Shown here one piece after another: positions 39,632-46,603 of a stretch of DNA of 64,000 nucleotides; the first letter of the stretch is position 1; each line of letters begins with the position of its first letter. Origin of the DNA: Nitrosopumilus sp. (lineage in GTDB: Archaea > Thermoproteota > Nitrososphaeria > Nitrososphaerales > Nitrosopumilaceae). A model generated the notes under the pieces. It was not told where the DNA came from and did not search any database. It saw only the letters and a program-made list of their open reading frames with translations. The position numbers were made by a program, and so were the translations under genes. The stretch is from the NCBI GenBank assembly GCA_965219345.1, contig OZ244732.1, positions 1,536,001 to 1,600,000 on the forward strand, read 5' to 3'.

Positions 39632-39653
39632 CTTTTTGTTTTAAGGCTAAATA

Positions 39654-40010
39654 TTAAACTGGAAGGATAACCTTGCCTTCAAATTTTGGGATATTATCAA
39701 TCTCAAATGCTTTTTCCAAATTTTCTTTTTGTAGTTTCGTTACACCTTGAACTATTGTTTTTGAGGACCCAGTTTTGTCAACAAGTGCAAGAATAAAACC
39801 ACTATTATCGGTCAAAACAAAACCTGCTGATTCATCAACAAACGCATAGAGATTTTCTTCCCCTACAGGATTCCATACATTAGATTTGGTGTCAACCAAG
39901 GCAAGTGCTGGCATTGCTCGTCCATCGGTTAGTTTATTGAGATACTCTCTAGCTTCTGCAACTCTTTTTTGACCTAGTTTTAATGCCTGAAAATATTGCA
40001 TGTTTCTCAA
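39654..40010 (-). CDS. conserved thaumarchaeal hypothetical protein
   Basis: 118-aa ORF with host composition. Confidence 0.75.
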   Translation of the reverse strand: MRNMQYFQALKLGQKRVAEAREYLNKLTDGRAMPALALVDTKSNVWNPVGEENLYAFVDESAGFVLTDNSGFILALVDKTGSSKTIVQGVTKLQKENLEKAFEIDNIPKFEGKVILPV

Positions 40011-40078
40011 ATATTGGGATATTATAAAAACAATATCTCTTCAAAAGATTGTTATAGAATCTCAGATTTTCTAAATTT

Positions 40079-40378
40079 ATGCCTCTTACAAATAAGGTAA
40101 TAATCAAACTCAATGAAATAACTACCTTAGTTGAGGACAAGTCAAAATTATCTGAATCCGAAGTTGATGAAATAAAATCTATCTTCAAAACCATTGTAGA
40201 AAGTGGTGAGAGATACAACATTGACGAAATTGAATTCTGGTTTGAAAATGAAGGAAGTTGGGTAACTAAAGAACCTCGAATCAGAATTACAAATCTTTCA
40301 AATTACATTCAAGACAAATACCAACAAACAGCCCATCTAAGAATAATTTCTGATGATGATTGTAATTGTGATAACTAA
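40079..40378 (+). CDS. conserved hypothetical protein
   Basis: 99-aa ORF. Confidence 0.75.
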   Translation: MPLTNKVIIKLNEITTLVEDKSKLSESEVDEIKSIFKTIVESGERYNIDEIEFWFENEGSWVTKEPRIRITNLSNYIQDKYQQTAHLRIISDDDCNCDN

Positions 40379-40608
40379 GTTTCCAGTTTTTCTAGTAATC
40401 GCCCAACAATTTTTGCATTTTCTGTTCTTTTATTAAGAATTTCTTTTAGACGAGTTTCATTTTTGCTATCTTTTTCAATTATTTGAAAATATTCTTCATC
40501 CAGATCATTATTAGCTTGAAGTCTTTTGATTACCTCAAACAATATTCCTATTACTTGTTTTTGCGCATCAATTAGTTCATCTTTACTTTTCTCAGACATT
40601 TTTACCAT
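40375..40608 (-). CDS. hypothetical protein
   Basis: 77-aa ORF overlapping the HD gene stop. Confidence 0.7.
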   Translation of the reverse strand: MVKMSEKSKDELIDAQKQVIGILFEVIKRLQANNDLDEEYFQIIEKDSKNETRLKEILNKRTENAKIVGRLLEKLET

Positions 40609-41137
40609 CCATCTCTGACAATGCTCTAAATAATTCTTTTAATTTAGGATCAGTAATCTCTGTTTCTGCAGATTTGAAAAATGACTTTAGTTTTTCTTGA
40701 GAATGCCCATCTTTTTTATAGATATTAGCTTGAAGCATCATCTCCAGTCTGTCAATTTGATGTACCAGTTTTGATTCAAGCGAAGTATTTTTTTGGTATT
40801 CTTGCCAAATTTGTAAATACTGTGATTTGATCAAATCTGGTAAATTTCTAATTATCTCATTGAATGCATTATTTTCTATTTCATTCTTTTTTTCTTTATT
40901 TAGTTGTTTAGGAGTATAATCTCCAATTTTTGATTCAGCTAAATCATGTAATAAAACCATTTTAATAATTTTTTCAGAATTATAATTTTCCAAATCAGAA
41001 ATTACCATACTTATCATTGCCATAGAATATGAATGGTCTGCAACTGATTCAGGAGCATCCAGTGATAGCCTATCAATCCATCCTTGTCTAGGGACTTTTT
41101 TGAGATTTGCAGCGGTTTTGAAAAAATCTAAGATCAT
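40592..41137 (-). CDS. HD-domain hydrolase (HDDC2/YfbR-like)
   Basis: LKKVPRQGW, ESVADHS, LHDLAE..GD.TP. Confidence 0.92.
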   Translation of the reverse strand: MILDFFKTAANLKKVPRQGWIDRLSLDAPESVADHSYSMAMISMVISDLENYNSEKIIKMVLLHDLAESKIGDYTPKQLNKEKKNEIENNAFNEIIRNLPDLIKSQYLQIWQEYQKNTSLESKLVHQIDRLEMMLQANIYKKDGHSQEKLKSFFKSAETEITDPKLKELFRALSEMDGKNV

Positions 41138-41226
41138 TTTATTACAATATGTATAATATTTTCTCCTAATGAATTTTCATATTGTTTGATTTCGAATAAC
41201 ATAATAGTTAATTTTGCTATGATAAG

Positions 41227-41766
41227 TTGATGAAGATTTACACCAAAACAGGAGATGGAGGGAATACTGGTTTACAAGGAAATTTCAGAATATCAAAATC
41301 TCATCCAAGAATAATATCATATGGTACTATAGATGAAGCAAATGCGGCACTTGGACTAGTCCTAGTTAATTCATTAGATGAAAATATTACAAAAATTTTA
41401 ACAAATATACAAAATGAACTATTTTTAGTCGGGGCAGATCTTTCAAACCTTAATCTTGATGATACAAAAAATAGGGTCACATTGGCTATGATAGAAAGAC
41501 TTGAACACAATATTGACGAATTTGAATCAGAACTTTCTCCTCTGACAAATTTTATTTTACCAGGTGGAGACAAAGCTGCAGCACAATTACATTATGTTAG
41601 AACTATTGTGAGAAGAGCAGAAACCCAAGTAGTTCAATTAAGTGAAAAAGAAGAAATTAATTCAAACTGCATTAAATATCTCAATAGATTGTCTGATTTG
41701 TTTTTTGTAATGGGTCGTTTAATCAATAAACGAAAAGACAGAGATGATCTTCTCTGGAAGATCTGA
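41227..41766 (+). CDS. pduO: ATP:cob(I)alamin adenosyltransferase (PduO type)
   Basis: KIYTKTGD.G.T, FILPGG, RRAE, YLNRLSD. Confidence 0.95.
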   Translation: MMKIYTKTGDGGNTGLQGNFRISKSHPRIISYGTIDEANAALGLVLVNSLDENITKILTNIQNELFLVGADLSNLNLDDTKNRVTLAMIERLEHNIDEFESELSPLTNFILPGGDKAAAQLHYVRTIVRRAETQVVQLSEKEEINSNCIKYLNRLSDLFFVMGRLINKRKDRDDLLWKI

Positions 41767-41809
41767 AAAGACAAACTTTAATTCCTCATTTGAGTGCCTT
41801 TTTTTCAGT

Positions 41810-41883
41810 GCCGGGGTAGCTCAGCCTGGGAGAGCACTCGGCTGAAGACCGGGCTGTCGCGCGTTCAAATCTCGCCTCCGGCA
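41810..41883 (+). tRNA. tRNA-Phe (GAA)
   Basis: Cloverleaf GCCGGGG/CTCCGGC, anticodon arm CTCGG-CTGAAGA-CCGGG, TTCAAAT T-loop. Confidence 0.95.
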
Positions 41884-42164
41884 CTTAACACACTGTTTTC
41901 ACAATTTGTGAAAAAATACTAAAACAAAAATTGAATACATTTACCAATATCAAAATTATTTATTTTTTAAATTATAACTTTATTTTTTCTAAGTTGATTT
42001 ACTAATGTTTAATTATTGAATGCGTTGAACTGTGTAATCAATTATATGTAATTATGAAAATAATATTCTAATTGATCGCTAGAGAATCTTTATTATGAAA
42101 TTCGCACAAAAAATTATCTAACATAATCTTTAAAAACCCTAGGAACTCTTGATTTTCGATATTC

Positions 42165-42419
42165 ATGGTTGAAAAAAAGACTACAAAAAAACAAAAAAAT
42201 AGAATTACGACTAAAACAAAAACTAGAAAAGTTAAAGCTACTAAGACTAAATCAACAGCTAAATCTACTACATCAAGGAAGAAAAAAGCAAAGGAACAAT
42301 CATTTGATGATATGAGTATTGTTATAGTTGATGATGATATAGAGATTGATCAGGAAAAAATTAATGAAGAAAGAAGAGCATATCTTGAAGAAGCAAGGTC
42401 CCAAGAGGCATCTGACTAG
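42165..42419 (+). CDS. Lys/Thr-rich basic N-terminus, acidic C-terminus hypothetical protein
   Basis: Composition of the 84-aa ORF. Confidence 0.7.
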   Translation: MVEKKTTKKQKNRITTKTKTRKVKATKTKSTAKSTTSRKKKAKEQSFDDMSIVIVDDDIEIDQEKINEERRAYLEEARSQEASD

Positions 42420-42453
42420 AAATCTTTATCCAATCTAATGAAATGAGATAATT

Positions 42454-42693
42454 ATGCGTGCGTTATGTTTGATTACAGTGAAACCTGGCAAGGTTGATGT
42501 GGTTGTTTCTATATTAAAGAAAAAACGTAAAATTCTAAAACAGATTATGGTTGTTGCCGGAAGAGCAGACATTAGTGTACTTTTACAAGGAAATATTGAT
42601 GAAATCAACAGTATGGTAATTGATTTTAAAAAAATCAAAGATATTGTTACAACTGAAACATTAATTGAGGTAGAGGTAAATTTAGGTTGGTAA
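42454..42693 (+). CDS. Lrp/AsnC ligand-binding (RAM) domain protein
   Basis: A.CLITVKPGK...V.G.AD...TTETLI. Confidence 0.85.
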   Translation: MRALCLITVKPGKVDVVVSILKKKRKILKQIMVVAGRADISVLLQGNIDEINSMVIDFKKIKDIVTTETLIEVEVNLGW

Positions 42694-42905
42694 GAGCAAT
42701 AATTTTGGTGAAATCACCGAAGAAACTCATAGCTGCAAGATTGCGAAAAGTTACCTCAATCACAGATTCTTTTCCAACAAGTGGACAATTTGATGCTGTT
42801 GCAATAATTGATGTTGAACAACTAGTTCAGATTAAAGAAGTGGCTAATCAGATTCAAAAAATAAACGGTGTGGAAAGGACTGAAACTATGGTTGAAGTTC
42901 AATGA
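42687..42905 (+). CDS. Lrp/AsnC ligand-binding (RAM) domain protein
   Basis: SGQFD...IQKINGVERTET. Confidence 0.85.
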   Translation: MVRAIILVKSPKKLIAARLRKVTSITDSFPTSGQFDAVAIIDVEQLVQIKEVANQIQKINGVERTETMVEVQ

Positions 42906-42941
42906 CACAATGAATTTAAAGAACTTCTGGGTAGATGGCTT

Positions 42942-43355
42942 GTGAACATCAAAAAAGTTGGAAATGTAATTTTGGCTGTAAATGACCTAGACAAATCCTT
43001 AGAATTTTATCATGAAATCATAGGACTACCAATCAAAAAACAGAGAAGATCTTGGATTGATTTGGGTACATCTGGAGCTTTATTGAGTTTACATCCAGCA
43101 TCAATGTCTGAACAACATATTGGTGGGTCTATTGAAAATGGTATTACGATAGGATTTCTTGTCGGTGATGTAAAATCTGCAGTAAATGAATTAAGAGAGA
43201 AAGGTGTTAAGATTCATCGTGAGATTGTAGAAAAAGATGCAGGCAAAAATGCAGTAATTATAGATCCTGACGAGTATCTGATTTCTTTATTTGAGCCAAT
43301 CTTTAACGATAGTGCTCAACAAACAGGCGGATATCAAGGATTTACACCAGCTTAG
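42942..43355 (+). CDS. VOC/glyoxalase family protein
   Basis: LAVNDLDKSLEFY..IIGL, F.V.DV...L..KGV, DPD. Confidence 0.9.
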   Translation: MNIKKVGNVILAVNDLDKSLEFYHEIIGLPIKKQRRSWIDLGTSGALLSLHPASMSEQHIGGSIENGITIGFLVGDVKSAVNELREKGVKIHREIVEKDAGKNAVIIDPDEYLISLFEPIFNDSAQQTGGYQGFTPA

Positions 43356-43744
43356 ACTATCTTTTTTATTAAAGAGATAATTTTCTCTATTTCTTTTTCT
43401 TTCCTATTTATTGAAATATAATAAGTAACATTACTTTTCTGCAAAACTATAATTGTTATTTTTTGATGTTGTAAAATTACATGTTCTAATGCTCCAACCG
43501 TACTTGCAGTATTTTTTCTTAATGATATCAAAGTAGAAATAATGAAAAACTCATTTTTTACTTGTTCTGATTTTAAGAGAGGTTTTAAATTTGGTCTAAC
43601 TATTCCAGTTAATGTCCTACCATATTTGTTTATGACTCCTGCATATCTAATGCTATTTGATATTTTTAGAATATTTTGACATTGTTTTCGGTGTTTTATT
43701 ACAACATCTTTCCATTTTTCCGCCGGAGTTTTTACCATGACCAA
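43352..43744 (-). CDS. roadblock-like thaumarchaeal protein (DUF6659-like)
   Basis: CQNIL.IS.SIRYAGVINKYG. Confidence 0.75.
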   Translation of the reverse strand: MVMVKTPAEKWKDVVIKHRKQCQNILKISNSIRYAGVINKYGRTLTGIVRPNLKPLLKSEQVKNEFFIISTLISLRKNTASTVGALEHVILQHQKITIIVLQKSNVTYYISINRKEKEIEKIISLIKKIV

Positions 43745-43807
43745 AATTATTTAGGGAATTAATAAGGATTTTCACTAATTGTAAATTTTAGAATTTAAAA
43801 ATTATTT

Positions 43808-44185
43808 CTAATGGGATTTAGGTGTTGTTTCTTTTTCCACTTTTTTCTTTAACTCTAAGTTTTCTTTTAATAGTTTATCATTAGCAACTTGAAGTGCTTC
43901 AACCGAATTTTGTCTATTGTATAATGGATGCCCAGGAGGAATAATTGCAGAATTCATTGACACTAGTCCAGCTGCATATTGCTGATACATATGTTGGAAT
44001 CCTTGAAGTTTTTGACTAATATTAGAAACTTCTTCTGAAAACGGTTCTTTCATTGGATTTTCATAAATTTTGAACATTGGATGGGTTAATCCGGGAGGTA
44101 ATCTAGGAAATTGTAATGCAAGATGAGGAATATTGGGGCTCAATCCATAGAGGTCCTGTAAATGCTTCATGACTGAATTATCCAC
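43808..44185 (-). CDS. hypothetical protein with C-terminal coiled coil
   Basis: 125-aa ORF, PPGHPL motif. Confidence 0.7.
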   Translation of the reverse strand: MDNSVMKHLQDLYGLSPNIPHLALQFPRLPPGLTHPMFKIYENPMKEPFSEEVSNISQKLQGFQHMYQQYAAGLVSMNSAIIPPGHPLYNRQNSVEALQVANDKLLKENLELKKKVEKETTPKSH

Positions 44186-44322
44186 AAAATTGGTTCATAT
44201 TTACTATATTTCTGCCTTGCTTTAGGCATTTGATATACTGTTTAGTGAAATCTTAGTCATTTCAACTCAGTTTGAGCTGATCGCTGATCCTTATAGATTC
44301 CAAGTTTAGATCGCTGATACGC

Positions 44323-44469
44323 ATGATCAGTTCAAAAAAGATATGTCTCAAATGTAAAAAAGACATTAAAGAAAAAGAACTTCATAAGATTGTAATCTAT
44401 GTTGTTCAAGAAAAATTCACTGAGCATCACTATGAGCATGTTGAATGTCCAGACAGATTTTCTGTTTAG
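44323..44469 (+). CDS. 48-aa zinc-finger micro-protein
   Basis: MISSKKICLKCKKDI...HYEHVECP. Confidence 0.7.
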   Translation: MISSKKICLKCKKDIKEKELHKIVIYVVQEKFTEHHYEHVECPDRFSV

Positions 44470-44489
44470 TTAATTAATTACTGAAAAAA

Positions 44490-45248
44490 TTATTCTTTGT
44501 GTTCATATACTTGGTAAATTTTCCCAGTTAATCTCGATCGATATCTCCATTCAACATCTTTCCAAATGATTTGAGTAAATTCTTTTTGCAAATTTGGATT
44601 AAGTTTTTGAAATACATCACTACCAATCAAGATTTGGCTAGGTTTTGCCATGTATTGGATTTTTGAAGCAATATTCATTGCAGGACCCATTAAATCTACA
44701 TGAGAATGTTTTACATCTGCACCATATCTAACTACAATATTTTGTCCAAAGTCAACTCCAATCTTTACCATCAAATCTGGATAGTCATATTGATTTAGAA
44801 TTGGATTGATCCCTTTTTGAATTACTGAGATCATTGATTTTGCACAATTAACTGCATCATCTGCTGCTACTGTTCCGCAAATATCATCTTCATCTGAAAC
44901 AAAATATCCAATTACCGCATCACCTACAAACTTTAGTACATATCCATGATGTTGTCTAATTACTGCAGCCATTTCTTGTGAAAACGAGCTTACAATTATT
45001 GCAATTTTTTCAGCAGGCATTTCTAATGTCATTGTAGTTGAGCCGACTAAATCTACATAGAGTACTACCATATCCAATTTTAAAAATACATTTTTTCTTA
45101 GAAATTGATCTGATTCGTCAACTATTCCTGAATACTCATAACCTTTTTTGAGAGCCCCCCAAACTCTTTTTTGAGTTTCCAAGATCAGGGACTCTGAATC
45201 TAATGATTGATCTTTATTTTTATCTTCATTCATTTCCAATCCTCTCAT
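44490..45248 (-). CDS. class III adenylate/guanylate cyclase domain protein
   Basis: LYVDLVGST, VLKFVGDAV, DLMG.AMN.ASK. Confidence 0.92.
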   Translation of the reverse strand: MRGLEMNEDKNKDQSLDSESLILETQKRVWGALKKGYEYSGIVDESDQFLRKNVFLKLDMVVLYVDLVGSTTMTLEMPAEKIAIIVSSFSQEMAAVIRQHHGYVLKFVGDAVIGYFVSDEDDICGTVAADDAVNCAKSMISVIQKGINPILNQYDYPDLMVKIGVDFGQNIVVRYGADVKHSHVDLMGPAMNIASKIQYMAKPSQILIGSDVFQKLNPNLQKEFTQIIWKDVEWRYRSRLTGKIYQVYEHKE

Positions 45249-45367
45249 TCTAAGGGAAAATTAATCTTACAATGAGGGCATTTTCCTCTAATTCCATTAT
45301 AGCCTTCATCATAATACTCTATAATTTCTCCGTTACAATGTTCACATGTAATTTTCGATTTTTCCAT
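45245..45367 (-). CDS. 40-aa zinc-ribbon micro-protein upstream of the cyclase
   Basis: MEKSKITCEHCNGE...RGKCPHCKINFPLE. Confidence 0.7.
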   Translation of the reverse strand: MEKSKITCEHCNGEIIEYYDEGYNGIRGKCPHCKINFPLE

Positions 45368-45426
45368 GCCTGGGATTGTGATTTTGTCTATTTAGATGTA
45401 GATGAAGGTTTAAGGATAACAGTAAT

Positions 45427-46278
45427 TTGCTATTTCATGTGCGCTTAGATACAAGATCCACCAATGATTTCATTCAACAATTAAATCAAAAAAATGAAGA
45501 GATTCAAAAGTTGTTTTTATCAAAGATGAATGTTCTGACAAAAATGATTGATGTAAAAGTAATGATGGGGGATTCTACTATAACGGAACAGAAAACATTT
45601 GATCCAAAACTAGTAACAGATTATTTTCAAAAAATTAACAGTAATCTAAAAGATTGGTCTTTGCAAGATGTATCCATTACTAATAATGAAGACCTCAGGA
45701 GAATTTTTACAAAGTTTGAGATAATGGAGGGGAATTATTTAATATCTGGACATCTATCAATCCAATTTCATGTGTTGTTGTATTACAAACCAGATCAACG
45801 AGTTCTAGACTGTCAAAAAGAATTGTCTAATATTGTTGATTTGACAAAAAATAACGAACAGCAGGTTTCTGATAATAGTGATCAATTTGTTTTAAATAAA
45901 CTAAAAGAGATGGGATACAAAGACCTTGATCATCAAAAATTGTTTGAAATATTTTATGAAAATGATGAATTTAGAGAAAAAGTTTATGCCGAGATAGAAA
46001 AAGACGCAGGAGTAGACTTTCAAGAATTATCAGAAAAAAAGACAAAACTGTTTAATGAGCTTGATTCTTTTTTAATTGAAACTTATCAGATAGATTCTGT
46101 GTTGATTGATGATAATAGATTAATTACTGGTGAAGAGGGTTGTTTATGTACAATAGATTTAGAATTTGTTAAAAATAAAAATAGAGAAGGATTGTTTGAT
46201 CCAAGAAAAATATCTGATTCTGTAAGGGAAATTATTTTAAATCGCTTAGATAGTCTCAATAAAATACTAGGTTTTTAG
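45427..46278 (+). CDS. conserved thaumarchaeal hypothetical protein
   Basis: 283-aa ORF. Confidence 0.8.
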   Translation: MLFHVRLDTRSTNDFIQQLNQKNEEIQKLFLSKMNVLTKMIDVKVMMGDSTITEQKTFDPKLVTDYFQKINSNLKDWSLQDVSITNNEDLRRIFTKFEIMEGNYLISGHLSIQFHVLLYYKPDQRVLDCQKELSNIVDLTKNNEQQVSDNSDQFVLNKLKEMGYKDLDHQKLFEIFYENDEFREKVYAEIEKDAGVDFQELSEKKTKLFNELDSFLIETYQIDSVLIDDNRLITGEEGCLCTIDLEFVKNKNREGLFDPRKISDSVREIILNRLDSLNKILGF

Positions 46279-46333
46279 CGCCTAATATAGCAATAGTCCA
46301 AAATCCCATATGGAAACAGACGTAGAAGGTGAC

Positions 46334-46483
46334 ATGGCTGGTGAGGCGTATTCTAACTTTATTGAATCCATAAAGAGTCCCGTAACAAAGAGAAATTATC
46401 TTGTCTGCATACGCCAGTTCTTGGAAAAGATTCCAGAAATTGAAAGCAAGATAAAATTTTCAAAGCTAAAAAAATTATTTTAG
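46334..46483 (+). pseudogene. possible N-terminal stub of a tyrosine integrase
   Basis: MAGEAYSNFIESIKSPVTKRNYLVCIRQFLE resembles the N-terminal helix (S..T..NY...IR.F) of archaeal integrases; lies at the island edge. Confidence 0.45.
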
Positions 46484-46603
46484 ATTCTGTTTTGTCGGAT
46501 TTTTTAGTTTTCACAGAAATTTCAACATACATTTTCTTTGGAATTCCAAGTACCATTATTAATTGCACTAATGCTACATAACTTCACATAACCCTTGATC
46601 GAC

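Noticed and set aside
41884-42160. Integrated element at tRNA-Phe
   Set aside because: No duplicated tRNA 3' end or integrase nearby in the window.
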